From contig JAVBOR010000026.1 in assembly GCA_031550325.1 (NCBI GenBank), forward strand, positions 5,274 through 69,273: DNA of 64,000 bases, in the 5' to 3' direction. The position numbers and the translations under genes were made by a program. Position 1 is the first letter of the stretch. Each line of letters opens with the position of its first letter. The notes under the pieces are model-generated. The model ran no database searches and had not been told where the DNA came from. It saw only the letters and a list, made by a program, of their open reading frames with translations. The stretch comes from Oscillospiraceae bacterium (GTDB taxonomy: Bacteria > Bacillota > Clostridia > Oscillospirales > UBA929). Shown one piece after another: positions 39,025 to 50,965 of the stretch.

Positions 39025-39801
39025 ATGAAGCTAAACTATATCTTGTGCGCCGCGCCGGGTCAAACGCGCGACGCAGCCCGCTACGGGCTGCCAATGGCGC
39101 ATATGGCCTGGCAAATCGGCTCGTCGCTTTCGCTTGTCGAGGGCGGCATCAGCGCGTCCATGCGCGGCGGATTTATGGTGCTGGGGGACGCTTTGTATGA
39201 CGGAGGGGGCAGGGACCCGGGGCAGCTGATCGACAAGGTGGCGCAGGAGTGCGTGCTGCGGGCGTTTGACGGCGTGGTCTTCGACCTTGAACAGACACGC
39301 GGCAAAATGCTTGAGCATTTTGTGTCGGAGGGCGCGCCCTATCTGATCAGGCGCGGGCTCCGCATCTACCTGCCTGAAAAGTACGCGTCTTGCTGCCCCA
39401 ACGCCATGGTGCTCATCCCCACGGCCATGATGTCGGGCTCGCTGTCCGCGCGTCTGCGCGATGCCGTCGAGCGGTATGGATACCGCGTGGCGCTTGAGAT
39501 GGAGCGGCTGAGCCGCGACATCGCGCTGCCGTCGCCCAACAGCGCCGGGACGCATCTGCAAAGGCGTGAGCTGAGTGAGTATCTGACCCAGCGGGGCGGC
39601 GTGAGCTTTTTTTCGCAGGAGATGTGTTCGCGGTATTTCACGTATAAGACCACGCAGGGCGGGACGCACTTCGTTTTGTTTGACGACGCAGCCTGCATCC
39701 AGAAGAAAGCGCAGCTTGCCCAGCGCCTTGGCGTGGAACAGGGGTTTCTGCTGTACCCCGAGGTGGACGATATCCTTCCGGCGCTCGTCGAACAAGGTTA
39801 G
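39025..39801 (+). CDS. Hypothetical protein, glycoside hydrolase family 18-like barrel
   Basis: FDGVVFDLE (DxxDxE-like); YFTY...HFVLFDDAACIQKK resembles the C-terminus of GH18 spore hydrolases. Confidence 0.5.
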   Translation: MKLNYILCAAPGQTRDAARYGLPMAHMAWQIGSSLSLVEGGISASMRGGFMVLGDALYDGGGRDPGQLIDKVAQECVLRAFDGVVFDLEQTRGKMLEHFVSEGAPYLIRRGLRIYLPEKYASCCPNAMVLIPTAMMSGSLSARLRDAVERYGYRVALEMERLSRDIALPSPNSAGTHLQRRELSEYLTQRGGVSFFSQEMCSRYFTYKTTQGGTHFVLFDDAACIQKKAQLAQRLGVEQGFLLYPEVDDILPALVEQG

Positions 39802-40295
39802 CAGCCCGCGCGCATTTTCAAGTAGAGCTTTGCCGTGACCATCGCGTCGGCCAGAGCCCGGTGATAGCCCGGCGATTCAATCCCCAGATGCTCGGCCAGC
39901 GGCTGCAGGCTACGCGAGGGCAGATGCGGGTAGAGCCGGCGGGCCCAGATCAGCGTATCGTCAACAGCGGGCGTATAGAGTATGCCCGCATCGCGGCAGT
40001 AGCGGCGAAGAAACGACATGTCAAACGGCGTGTTGTGGCAGACGACCGTGTCGTCGCCCAAAAAGTCCAGCAGGGTCGGCAGAAGCTCGGCAAAGCCGGG
40101 GCTGTCCGCCACCATTTCGGGGGTGATGCCGTGCACCCGGATGGCGTCGAGAGGGATGGGCCCGTCGGGCCGGCACAGCGAGGCCAGATGGAAGTCGATC
40201 TCACTGTCCCGTACGCGTACGGCCGCGAACTCGACGACTTCGCAGGTCTGGGAAGAAAACCCCGTGGTTTCAAAGTCAAGGGTGCAAAAATTCAT
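39798..40295 (-). CDS. DEDDh 3'-5' exonuclease (DNA Pol III epsilon-like)
   Basis: LDFETTG, HNTPFD, HRALAD. Confidence 0.92.
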   Translation of the reverse strand: MNFCTLDFETTGFSSQTCEVVEFAAVRVRDSEIDFHLASLCRPDGPIPLDAIRVHGITPEMVADSPGFAELLPTLLDFLGDDTVVCHNTPFDMSFLRRYCRDAGILYTPAVDDTLIWARRLYPHLPSRSLQPLAEHLGIESPGYHRALADAMVTAKLYLKMRAGC

Positions 40296-40511
40296 GGCTG
40301 TTCCCCCGTTAAGTAGGCATGAAACATTCGAGGCAGATGACAAAAACTTGAGGCTGATCACAAAAACATTTCCGACCCGAAGCCGCACAGCGGTGTTTGT
40401 CTTCAATCAGGTTCCGTGGCCGTCTTTCATTTTCCTCCGGCCGGGCGGAGGAAAACCGGAATCCAACCGCCTGTCGAAGCGGTTTTGGCTTGAGAATAAG
40501 TCGTCCTGCTG

Positions 40512-40559
40512 TTGACAGAACAACCTGTTTCAGATATTATAGTATAAATTATCAAACAA
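40512..40559. promoter_or_regulatory. Overlapping divergent sigmaA promoters (guaB / exonuclease side)
   Basis: Plus TTGACA-N17-TATTAT (40512-40540); minus TTGCCT-N17-TATAAT and TTGACT-N17-TATACT extend a few bases further right. Confidence 0.65.
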
Positions 40560-40578
40560 GGCAAGTCAATCCCGTTAA

Positions 40579-42126
<1,548 letters not shown>

Positions 42127-42177
42127 ACGGGCTCCGCCTCGGTATTTGTTTTGCTTTTGGGAGAATAGGAGCTAACC

Positions 42178-42984
42178 ATGAAACTTTCTTTTTCTACTGT
42201 CGGCTGTCCCCAGTGGACCTGGAGCGAAATCCTGTCGGCGGCGTCCGATTTGGGCTATGACGGCCTGGAGATCCGCGGGCTTGGGGATGATCTATACCTG
42301 CCCGACAACAAGTTTTTCAAACCTGAACGCCTTGAGCAGACGGCGAAGGATTTGGCCGCCCGGAAGATCGGGCTGGCCTGTCTGGCGTCGGACATCTTTT
42401 TGCAGGACGCTTCGATCGACGCAGTGTCTGCGCTGCGCGCCTACATCAAGCTGGCCGCCGCGCTCAAAGCGCGCTGTATCCGCGTGCTCGGCGACGCTTG
42501 GGCCGAGCCGGGCGAAAATGTAGATGACGAGCTTGTGCGCAGCCGTCTTTGCCAGCTGGCGCCCGACGCGCAGGACAGCGGGGTCATGCTGCTTGTGGAG
42601 TCAAACGGCGTGTTTGCCGAGAGCGCGCGCCTCAGGGCGCTGCTTGACGGCGTGGGCAGCGCCAGCGTCGCCGCGCTGTGGGACGTAAACCACCCTGTAC
42701 GATTTTTCAACGAGCGGGTTGAGGAAACCTATGAAAATATTGGCCGATACGTTCACCATGTACACATCAAGGACAGCGAGTTCGACGGAGGCAAGCTGAA
42801 ATACAAAATGCTTGGCTACGGCACGCTGCCCATTAAAGAGGCGCTGACGCTGCTTAAGCGCGGCGGATACTCGGAGTTTCTGTCGCTTGAATGGACCAAA
42901 CGGTGGAATGAGGATCTGGAGGACGCGGGTATCGTGTTTGGGCACTATGTCTATGAGATGAAAAAGATGCTGAGGAGCCTGTGA
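42178..42984 (+). CDS. Sugar phosphate isomerase/epimerase (AP endonuclease 2 barrel)
   Basis: MKLSFSTVGCP, GYDGLEIR, LWDVNHP, HVHIKD, SLEW. Confidence 0.85.
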   Translation: MKLSFSTVGCPQWTWSEILSAASDLGYDGLEIRGLGDDLYLPDNKFFKPERLEQTAKDLAARKIGLACLASDIFLQDASIDAVSALRAYIKLAAALKARCIRVLGDAWAEPGENVDDELVRSRLCQLAPDAQDSGVMLLVESNGVFAESARLRALLDGVGSASVAALWDVNHPVRFFNERVEETYENIGRYVHHVHIKDSEFDGGKLKYKMLGYGTLPIKEALTLLKRGGYSEFLSLEWTKRWNEDLEDAGIVFGHYVYEMKKMLRSL

Positions 42985-44141
42985 TCGACGCAGCCGCTCT
43001 TTTGCGCGCGCGAAACGCGCGGGCCGACGCGCCCGCGCTTGCCTGCGTTCGCGTGTTTGGATGTCAGCAGAACGAGGCCGACGGGGAGAAGCTGCGCGGC
43101 CAGCTGCTGGATTTTGGGTATGGCCTTACTGACGACACGGCAATGGCCGATGTTGTCGTGTTCAATACCTGCGCCGTGCGCGGCCACGCCGAACAGCGCG
43201 TTTTGGGAAACATCGGCGCGCTTTCGCATACCCGAAAACAGGGACAGATCGTGGTTGTCTGCGGCTGTATGGCACAGCAGAAAGGTGTGCAGGACGTCCT
43301 GCGCAAGAGTTATCCGCTGGTCAGCCTGGTGTTCGGGCCGGCGCTGTTGCCGCGCTTTGCCGAGCTTTTGTGGCGTGTGGTTCATCAGGGCGGCCGCCAT
43401 TTTCACCTGGAGGACGCCACAGCGCCGGTTAGCGAGGGAGTTCCTGTTTTGCGCTCTCCGCCGCCGCGCGCGTGGATCACGGTCATGCAGGGCTGCGACA
43501 ACTTCTGCTCCTACTGCGTTGTGCCGTATGTGCGCGGACGGGAGCGCTCCCGCGCGCCGGAGAACATACTGGCTGAGGCCTCAGCGCTCATCGCCGACGG
43601 GTACACAGAGCTCTTTCTGCTCGGGCAAAACGTCAACTCCTACAGGCCGGACGACGGGACGACGTTTGCCGGGCTTTTGCGCGCGCTCAATGAACTCGAC
43701 GGCGACTTCTCCATCCGCTTTATGACGTCTCACCCAAAGGACGCCGGAAGCGCCCTTTTTCAGGCGATGGCCGAATGCCGCCATGTCGCGCCCATGCTGC
43801 ACCTGCCGGTGCAGTCTGGCTCAGACCGTATTCTGCTGGCGATGAACAGGGGGTACACGCGAGAGCGCTACCTCTCTCTGGTCGCCGAGGCCCGCGAGGC
43901 AATCCCCGGGCTGAACCTGACGAGCGACATCATTGTCGGATTTCCGGGCGAAAGCGAAGAGGATTTTGATGAGACGCTTTCGCTGGTCAGAGCTGTCCGC
44001 TTTGACAGCCTGTTTACCTTTTTGTACTCCAAGCGGGAGGGCACGAGCGCCGCGCGCCTGGAGGACCATACGCCGGAACGAATCAAGAAGGAACGCTTTC
44101 AGCGGCTTCTGGAGCTGCAAAAGGAGGTGGAGCATGGCTGA
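42981..44141 (+). CDS. miaB: tRNA methylthiotransferase MiaB-type (no C-terminal TRAM domain)
   Basis: FGCQQN, NTCAVR, GCDNFCSYC, LLGQNVNSY, HLPVQSGS; upstream of mutS-mutL-miaA. Confidence 0.85.
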   Translation: MIDAAALLRARNARADAPALACVRVFGCQQNEADGEKLRGQLLDFGYGLTDDTAMADVVVFNTCAVRGHAEQRVLGNIGALSHTRKQGQIVVVCGCMAQQKGVQDVLRKSYPLVSLVFGPALLPRFAELLWRVVHQGGRHFHLEDATAPVSEGVPVLRSPPPRAWITVMQGCDNFCSYCVVPYVRGRERSRAPENILAEASALIADGYTELFLLGQNVNSYRPDDGTTFAGLLRALNELDGDFSIRFMTSHPKDAGSALFQAMAECRHVAPMLHLPVQSGSDRILLAMNRGYTRERYLSLVAEAREAIPGLNLTSDIIVGFPGESEEDFDETLSLVRAVRFDSLFTFLYSKREGTSAARLEDHTPERIKKERFQRLLELQKEVEHG

Positions 44142-46743
44142 ACATACGCCCGTGATGCAGCAGTACACAAGGATTAAGCAGCAAAACCCCGACTGCATCC
44201 TGTTTTTTCGCTTGGGCGACTTTTATGAAATGTTCAATGAGGACGCCCGCACGGCGTCTGAAATGCTTGACCTGACGCTGACCACGCGTGACCGCGGCGT
44301 TGTCAACGAGGAGGATCGCACGCCGATGTGCGGCGTTCCCTACCATTCGGCCGAGGCGTATATCGCGCGTCTGATTGAGCGCGGCATGAAGGTGGCCATC
44401 TGCGAGCAGGTGGAGGATCCAGCCACTGCCAAAGGGCTTGTGAAACGCGAGGTCGTGCGCATCATCACGCCCGGAACCGTTCTGGAGTCAAGCCTTTTGG
44501 ACGAGGGCCGCAACAACTTTTTGGCCAGCGTCTACCTGGACGCCGACTCGGCGGGCATCTGCGTGGCCGACGTCTCCACGGGCGAAGTGTACACCACGCA
44601 GATTCTTGAGGCTGACCGCGTGCAGGGGCTCTTGTGCGAGTTCGGGCGGTTTGCGCCGCGCGAGGCCGTGCTGAGCGGCGGCGCGGCCGGCGACGAGCGC
44701 GTGACCGCGTTTTTGCGCGAGCGGCTGAGGTGTCTGGTCCAGGCGGGGGAAGAGAGCAGCTTTGGAAAGGCCGAAAGCGAAAGACTTGTTCTGGCGCAGT
44801 TTAAGGCGGCCTCGCTGGAGGCGCTTGGGCTCGGGGACAAGCAGGCAGCCGTGCGGGCTGTGGGAGGACTGCTGTCGTATCTGAGGGAGACCGCCAAGTC
44901 CGAGCTGACATTGATGGCCACGCTGCACGTCTATGAACAGTCGCGCTTTATGGAGCTCGACTTCACGGCCAGACGGAATCTGGAGCTTACCGAGACACTG
45001 CACGGCGGGGAAAAGAAGGGCTCGCTTTTGTGGGTTCTCGACCAGACGGGCAGTTCCATGGGCTCGCGCCTGATTCGGTCCTGGCTTGAAAAGCCGCTGA
45101 CCGGGCCGCCTGACATCATGCGCCGCCAGCACGCCGTGGCCGAGCTTTTTGGCAATACGATGCTCCGCGGCGAGCTCCGGGGCATTTTGAAGGCCCTGCC
45201 CGATATGGAGCGCCTGATGTCGCGCATCGTGTACGGCACCTCCAACGCGCGGGACATGCGCGGTTTAGCGGCTGCCTGCCGGCGCGCGCCGGGCGTGCTG
45301 GAGTGGCTGAAGAGTCTCAAATCAGCCGCGTTTGTCGAGCTTTCGGCGGCGATCGACCCGCTTCAAGACATATCAGCGCGGCTCGAGGCTGCCATTGTGG
45401 AGGCGCCGCCGTTTTCCATCCGCGAGGGCGGCTTTATCAAGGACGGCTATGACGGGGAGATCGACCGACTGCGCGCGGTCGTGAGCGACGCGCGGTCGGT
45501 TGTCGCGCAGATGGAGGCGCAGACCAAGGCCGACACCGGCATCAAAACGCTTAAGGTTGGCTACAACAAGGTTTTTGGGTACTATTTTGAGGTGTCCAAG
45601 TCCTATTTGCATCAGGTTCCGGAGCATTTCATCCGCAAGCAGACGCTGGCCGGTTGCGAGCGGTACATCACCCAGGAACTCAAGGACATGGAGACCCAAA
45701 TCCTCATGGCGGGGGACAAGCTTGTGGCGCTTGAGTCGGCGCTTTATGAGCAGCTGCGGCAGTGGCTGACCGAAAACGCGCACCGCCTCCAGCAAACGGC
45801 ACAGGCGCTGGCGAAGACGGATGTGCTGTGCGCGCTGGCCGAGGCGGCGGCGCGCAACAACTACTGTATGCCCGTGGTTGATTACTTCGACAAAATCGAC
45901 ATCGTCGACGGGCGGCACCCGGTGGTTGAGCGCATGCTGACCGACAGCCTGTTTGTTCCCAACGACACCCATATGTCCTCCGAGGCTCCTTCGGCCATCA
46001 TCACGGGGCCGAACATGGCCGGAAAGTCCACCTACATGCGCCAGGTCGCCCTCATCACGCTCATGGCGCAGATGGGATCGTTCGTGCCGGCGAAATCCGC
46101 CACGATCGGCGTCGTCGACCGCGTCTTTACGCGCATCGGCGCGTCGGACGACCTGACCGGCGGACGCTCGACGTTTATGGTCGAGATGACCGAGGTGGCC
46201 GACATTCTGCGCTTTGCCACCAAGAGAAGCCTGATCATTTTGGACGAGGTCGGGCGCGGGACGTCCACGTTTGACGGGATGAGCGTCGCGCGGGCGGTTT
46301 TGGAGCATGTCCACACCAAAATCGGTGCGAAGGTGCTGTTCGCCACGCATTACCATGAACTGACCGATCTTGAGCAGCAGCTGCCCGGGGTCAAAAACTT
46401 TAACATCGCCGTCAAAAAACGCGGAAAGGACATCATCTTTCTGCGGCGGATCGTACCCGGCGGAGCCGACGACAGCTATGGCGTTGAGGTGGCGCGTCTG
46501 GCCGGACTGCCCGAAAGCGTCATTGCGCGCGCCCGCACGATTTTAAGGGAACTCGAAGCCGAAGCGCCCGTGAAGGCACGCGCGGCCGCGTCGCGGCAGG
46601 GCGAGGACGACCAGATTTCTCTGGAAAGCCTCGCGTCGGAGGAGCTCCGCCGAAAACTGCTCACGCTTGACGCCAACACGCTCACGCCGCTTGAGGCGCT
46701 CAACATGCTGTTCGCGCTGCAAAAGAAAGCGAGGGACGGCTGA
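44134..46743 (+). CDS. mutS: DNA mismatch repair protein MutS
   Basis: TPVMQQY, FRLGDFYEMF, TGPNMAGKST, DEVGRGTST, ATHYHEL. Confidence 0.98.
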   Translation: MAEHTPVMQQYTRIKQQNPDCILFFRLGDFYEMFNEDARTASEMLDLTLTTRDRGVVNEEDRTPMCGVPYHSAEAYIARLIERGMKVAICEQVEDPATAKGLVKREVVRIITPGTVLESSLLDEGRNNFLASVYLDADSAGICVADVSTGEVYTTQILEADRVQGLLCEFGRFAPREAVLSGGAAGDERVTAFLRERLRCLVQAGEESSFGKAESERLVLAQFKAASLEALGLGDKQAAVRAVGGLLSYLRETAKSELTLMATLHVYEQSRFMELDFTARRNLELTETLHGGEKKGSLLWVLDQTGSSMGSRLIRSWLEKPLTGPPDIMRRQHAVAELFGNTMLRGELRGILKALPDMERLMSRIVYGTSNARDMRGLAAACRRAPGVLEWLKSLKSAAFVELSAAIDPLQDISARLEAAIVEAPPFSIREGGFIKDGYDGEIDRLRAVVSDARSVVAQMEAQTKADTGIKTLKVGYNKVFGYYFEVSKSYLHQVPEHFIRKQTLAGCERYITQELKDMETQILMAGDKLVALESALYEQLRQWLTENAHRLQQTAQALAKTDVLCALAEAAARNNYCMPVVDYFDKIDIVDGRHPVVERMLTDSLFVPNDTHMSSEAPSAIITGPNMAGKSTYMRQVALITLMAQMGSFVPAKSATIGVVDRVFTRIGASDDLTGGRSTFMVEMTEVADILRFATKRSLIILDEVGRGTSTFDGMSVARAVLEHVHTKIGAKVLFATHYHELTDLEQQLPGVKNFNIAVKKRGKDIIFLRRIVPGGADDSYGVEVARLAGLPESVIARARTILRELEAEAPVKARAAASRQGEDDQISLESLASEELRRKLLTLDANTLTPLEALNMLFALQKKARDG

Positions 46744-48476
46744 TGGCCCGGATTGAGCGGCTGCCGCCGCAGGTGGCCAACCTTATTGCCGCCGGAGAGG
46801 TGGTCGAGCGCCCGGCTTCGGTGATCAAAGAGCTCGTCGAAAACGCCGTCGACGCCGGTTCAACGCTGATCACCGTGGAGATCAGGCGCGGCGGAGCCTC
46901 CTTGATGCGCGTGACCGACAACGGCTGCGGCATCGCGCCCGATCAGGCGGGCACGGCGTTTTTGCGCCATGCCACGTCCAAGATCAGGACGCAGGAGGAT
47001 CTGTTTGAGGTCAAAACGCTTGGCTTTCGCGGAGAGGCGCTGGCCGCGATTGCCGCGGTGTCGCGCATTGAGCTGTTTTCACGCGAGCGCGGCGCGAGTG
47101 CGGGCGTCTCGCTGTCGCTGGAGGGCGGCTCCGTCACGGAGCAGACCGAGTGCGGATGCCCCGAGGGGACGACGGTTCTGGTGCGCGAGCTCTTTTTCAA
47201 CACACCCGCGCGGCAGAAGTTTCTCCGGCGCGACGCCACCGAGGCTGCCCACGTGCAGGAGACCGTGACCCGCGCCGCGATGGCGCACCCCGAAATCTCG
47301 TTCAGGCTGATCAAGGACGGGGCGCAGAGCCTGCATACGCCGGGAAACGGCGTGCTGCTCGACTGCCTGTACAGTGTCTATGGCAGCGAGTTTGCCCGGT
47401 CGCTGCTCGCCGTGGAAAGTCAGGCGGTCAGCGGTTTTGTCGGAAAGCCCGAGGCGGCGCGCCAGTCGCGCGCCATGCAGTTCTTTTTGCTCAACGGCAG
47501 GCCGGTGCGCTCCCGCACCCTGACAGCGGCGCTGGAGGAGGCCTATAAAAACGAGCTTCCCGCCGGACGGGTTCCGGTGTGCGTGCTTCATCTGCACTTG
47601 CCCTACGACAGCGCCGACGTCAATGTGCATCCGGCCAAGCTGGAGGTCAGGTTTACCAGAGAACGCGACGTTTTTGACATGGTCTATTTCGCGGTCAAAA
47701 ACGCGCTTGAAAGTGACAGTTCCCGCCCTGAACTGACGCTGGCAGCGCCGAAAACGGCGGCGCTGAGCTTTTCTGCGCCGCCTGCCGACGCCGGCGCGCC
47801 GGCGCTTCCTGGGCAGAGGGCGATGTCCGTGCGCGACCCCTGGACGGCGGGAGAGCCGATTGTTTGGCATGGCCTTGTTCCTCCGCCCGCGCCACAGGCT
47901 TCTGTTTTGCCCGGGCTGCGGTCCTGGCGGTACATTGGCGAGGCGCTCGGCGGCTTTTTGCTCGTCGACGACGGCGAGGCGCTTGTGCTCATCGACAAGC
48001 ACGCCGCGCACGAGCGCATCTTGTTTGAGCGGCTCAAGGCGGCGCAGGAGAGCCCTATGGCCCAAATGCTGCTGTCGCCCGAGGCTGTTGCGCTGTCGGC
48101 TGCTGAATGCGATGCGCTGCTGGAGTCGTCCGGCCTGCTGAGTGAGTTGGGTTTTGTTTTTGAGCTGTTTGGGCCGTCATCGCTTCTGCTGCGCGCGCTT
48201 CCCGACGTTTTGGAGGCCGAGAACCCGGCGGCTCTGCTGACAGAGCTGGCGGCGCTTCTTTTGAGCGGCAGGCGCAGCGCGACGCTCCGCGACGACGTGC
48301 TGGAGCTTGTGGCCTGCAAAGCGGCCGTCAAGCTTGGCGGCGGCGGCAGCGATGGCGATTTGCGGGCGCTTTGCCAAACGGTGATGGAGACCCCGACGCT
48401 GCGGCACTGTCCGCATGGCCGGCCCGTCGCCATCGAGCTGACGCGAGACAGGCTGAAGAGGCAGTTTGGCCGATGA
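46743..48476 (+). CDS. mutL: DNA mismatch repair endonuclease MutL
   Basis: IAAGEVVERP, GFRGEAL, DKHAAHERILFE, ACK, CPHGRP. Confidence 0.97.
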   Translation: MARIERLPPQVANLIAAGEVVERPASVIKELVENAVDAGSTLITVEIRRGGASLMRVTDNGCGIAPDQAGTAFLRHATSKIRTQEDLFEVKTLGFRGEALAAIAAVSRIELFSRERGASAGVSLSLEGGSVTEQTECGCPEGTTVLVRELFFNTPARQKFLRRDATEAAHVQETVTRAAMAHPEISFRLIKDGAQSLHTPGNGVLLDCLYSVYGSEFARSLLAVESQAVSGFVGKPEAARQSRAMQFFLLNGRPVRSRTLTAALEEAYKNELPAGRVPVCVLHLHLPYDSADVNVHPAKLEVRFTRERDVFDMVYFAVKNALESDSSRPELTLAAPKTAALSFSAPPADAGAPALPGQRAMSVRDPWTAGEPIVWHGLVPPPAPQASVLPGLRSWRYIGEALGGFLLVDDGEALVLIDKHAAHERILFERLKAAQESPMAQMLLSPEAVALSAAECDALLESSGLLSELGFVFELFGPSSLLLRALPDVLEAENPAALLTELAALLLSGRRSATLRDDVLELVACKAAVKLGGGGSDGDLRALCQTVMETPTLRHCPHGRPVAIELTRDRLKRQFGR

Positions 48477-49348
48477 CAGACCTTTTATGTGTGGTCGGCC
48501 CGACCGCTTCGGGAAAGACAGGGCTCTCCATTGAGCTGGCGCTGCGGTATGGCGGCGAGGTCGTGTCCTGTGACTCCATGCAGGTGTACCGTGGAATGGA
48601 CATCGGGACAGCCAAGCCATCGGCCGAAGAGCGGCGGGGCGTGCCCCACCATATGCTGGACGTTGTGCCGCCGGACTTTGCCTACTCCGCAGGGCAGTAC
48701 GCAAAGCAGGCTGACGCCTGTGTCCGGGACATTCTGGAGCGGGGGAAACTGCCCATTGTCTGCGGGGGAACCGGGCTGTACCTCAAAGCGCTCTGCGGAG
48801 GAATGGCCGATCTGCCCGACTGCCCGCGGCTCGACCACGGGCCGGACGCTTACGAGCGGCTTTGTCAGGTTGACCCTGAGGCGGCCGCCCGCCTGTTGCC
48901 CCGTGATCAAAAGAGAATCGGCCGCGCGCTCGACGTCTATTGCGCGACAGGAATCCCGCTGTCCGAGCATCAGAGACAAACCGCGCCGCCCAGCTACCGC
49001 CCGCGCTGTGTCGGCATCGGTCTGGAGCGGCAGGAGCTTTACGCGCGTATCGACAGGCGCGCGGACGACATGCTGGCGCACGGGCTTGTCGAGGAGGTTC
49101 GGGCCTTGCTCGCCGGCGGCCTTTCCCGCGGCGCGACGTCCATGCAGGCGCTGGGGTATAAAGAGGTCGCGGCGTATCTTGACGGGCAAGCGTCTCTGGA
49201 GGCGGCGGCTCTGCGCATCAAGCAGGGGACAAGGCGGTACGCCAAGCGCCAGATGACCTGGTTTTCCCGCCAAAACGACGTTTATTGGATAAAAGGAAAT
49301 TTTTTCAATAACGTGAATATTTTTGTAGAAAACATATTCCATATATGA
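48473..49348 (+). CDS. miaA: tRNA dimethylallyltransferase
   Basis: [39 protein letters not shown]. Confidence 0.96.
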   Translation: MTDLLCVVGPTASGKTGLSIELALRYGGEVVSCDSMQVYRGMDIGTAKPSAEERRGVPHHMLDVVPPDFAYSAGQYAKQADACVRDILERGKLPIVCGGTGLYLKALCGGMADLPDCPRLDHGPDAYERLCQVDPEAAARLLPRDQKRIGRALDVYCATGIPLSEHQRQTAPPSYRPRCVGIGLERQELYARIDRRADDMLAHGLVEEVRALLAGGLSRGATSMQALGYKEVAAYLDGQASLEAAALRIKQGTRRYAKRQMTWFSRQNDVYWIKGNFFNNVNIFVENIFHI

Positions 49349-49395
49349 TATACTACCGACTATGCCGGAGTATACAATGTTGGGGGAAGAGAAAA

Positions 49396-49650
49396 ATGCA
49401 AAAAAACACGAATTTACAGGATCTTTTTCTGAATGCCGCGAGACGGGACCGGACACCGGTGACGTTGTTTTTGATAAACGGCTTTCAAATCAAGGGTCTT
49501 GTACGGGGTTTTGACAACTTTACGGTTGTTGTGGACAGCGAAGGCAAGCAGCAACTCATCTACAAATCCGCCATTTCTACCATTTGTCCGTCGCGCCCTG
49601 TCAAATTGACCGAAGAGGCCGAGGCGGACGTTGAGGCGGTTCCGGTCTGA
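49396..49650 (+). CDS. hfq: RNA chaperone Hfq
   Basis: [28 protein letters not shown]. Confidence 0.96.
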   Translation: MQKNTNLQDLFLNAARRDRTPVTLFLINGFQIKGLVRGFDNFTVVVDSEGKQQLIYKSAISTICPSRPVKLTEEAEADVEAVPV

Positions 49651-49654
49651 TTCC

Positions 49655-50863
49655 ATGAAAAATCAAGGCGTATGGGTAACGCGCATCACCGCGCTGGTGC
49701 TCTGTCTTTTTGTCTGTGTGTTTATGGGCTATCACGTGTTGCGCGCGCTTGCCGAGCCCATTGCCACCGCCACGGCGGTTTTGCTCCCCACCGAGGAAAC
49801 CGCGACGTTCAGCGGCGTGGTGGTGCGCGACGATGTCCGGCTGGACATGCCCGATGGCGTCATTGACTTGCAGGTGGGCGAAGGGGAGCGCGTGTCCAGA
49901 GGTCAGGTTCTCGCCGTGACGTATGCCGATGCCGGTACAAAGCTCATCTATCAGCAGTTGCGCGCGCTTGAGCGCAGCCGCGACCGGCTGGAGACCGTCA
50001 GGAGCAGCGAGGTGAGCGTGATGAGCGCCGTGTCGATGGACAAGCTCATCCGGCAGCAGATCGTGCAGGTGGCAGGCGATGTGGGAAAGGGAGATCTGCG
50101 CGCGGCGGACGCCTCCGGAGAGCAGATGAAGGCCCTGTTGTTCCAGCGGGAATATGCGTTTGGAAACATTCAGAACCTGGACGGCGCCATTGCGCGTCTC
50201 GACGAGGAAATTGCGTTGTTCGAGAGCGATGTGTCGGATGTTACGCAGTCGATGCATGCGCCCGAGGCCGGGCTGTTTTCCACGCAGGTGGACGGGCTGG
50301 AAAGCGTCTGGACGCCCGCCGGGCTGGCGGAACTCACAACACAGGACGCCGTTGAAAAGATGAAAGTCGGCGGACAGACCCTGTCGGGAAACACCGGCAA
50401 GCTCGTCTTCGGCATGGAGTGGTATCTTGTGACGGTGCTGGACGAGGAGGTTGCCGACGCGCTGAAGCAGAGCGCTTTTATTCGGCTCGGGCTGCCCCTG
50501 GAGCTCACGATGCGCGTGGCGTATATGTCGGCTCCGGTTGAGGGAAAGCGCGCTGTCACCTTTGCGAGCAAAGGGGCGCTTGCCGACGTGGCCGGTCTGC
50601 GCGTTGCGGACGGGGAGATTGTGCTGGCCGAGAACAAAGGGCTGCGCGTCCCGAAGGAGGGAATGCGCGTCGATGAAGACGGGAACTCCTACGTGTACTG
50701 CGTCGTCATGACCCAGGTGGTCAAGAAAAAGGTCGACGTCATCGCCGAAGTCCAGCGGGAAAACTATTTTCTCGTGAAATATGACCCCGGCAAAGGTCTG
50801 CAGCCGGGCGACGAAATTATTACGGTCGGAAAAGATCTGTACGATGGGAAGATCATTCGGTGA
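49655..50863 (+). CDS. HlyD-family / membrane-fusion-like protein (clostridial gene upstream of yggS)
   Basis: N-terminal TM, EGERVSRGQ, coiled coil, APEAGLFS..DGLE, GLRVPK. Confidence 0.7.
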   Translation: MKNQGVWVTRITALVLCLFVCVFMGYHVLRALAEPIATATAVLLPTEETATFSGVVVRDDVRLDMPDGVIDLQVGEGERVSRGQVLAVTYADAGTKLIYQQLRALERSRDRLETVRSSEVSVMSAVSMDKLIRQQIVQVAGDVGKGDLRAADASGEQMKALLFQREYAFGNIQNLDGAIARLDEEIALFESDVSDVTQSMHAPEAGLFSTQVDGLESVWTPAGLAELTTQDAVEKMKVGGQTLSGNTGKLVFGMEWYLVTVLDEEVADALKQSAFIRLGLPLELTMRVAYMSAPVEGKRAVTFASKGALADVAGLRVADGEIVLAENKGLRVPKEGMRVDEDGNSYVYCVVMTQVVKKKVDVIAEVQRENYFLVKYDPGKGLQPGDEIITVGKDLYDGKIIR

Positions 50864-50965
50864 CGCCGGCGCAGGCAGGATGTCTGCGCCGACGTTGCCG
50901 CCGGGGTGCTCGCGCTTATGGGGCGGGCGCCTCTTTTCATATCAAAGTTCGGAGGAGGAAACGCT

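Noticed and set aside
40518-40531. LexA box (GAACAACCTGTTTC) near the exonuclease promoter
   Set aside because: Spacing does not fit GAAC-N4-GTTC
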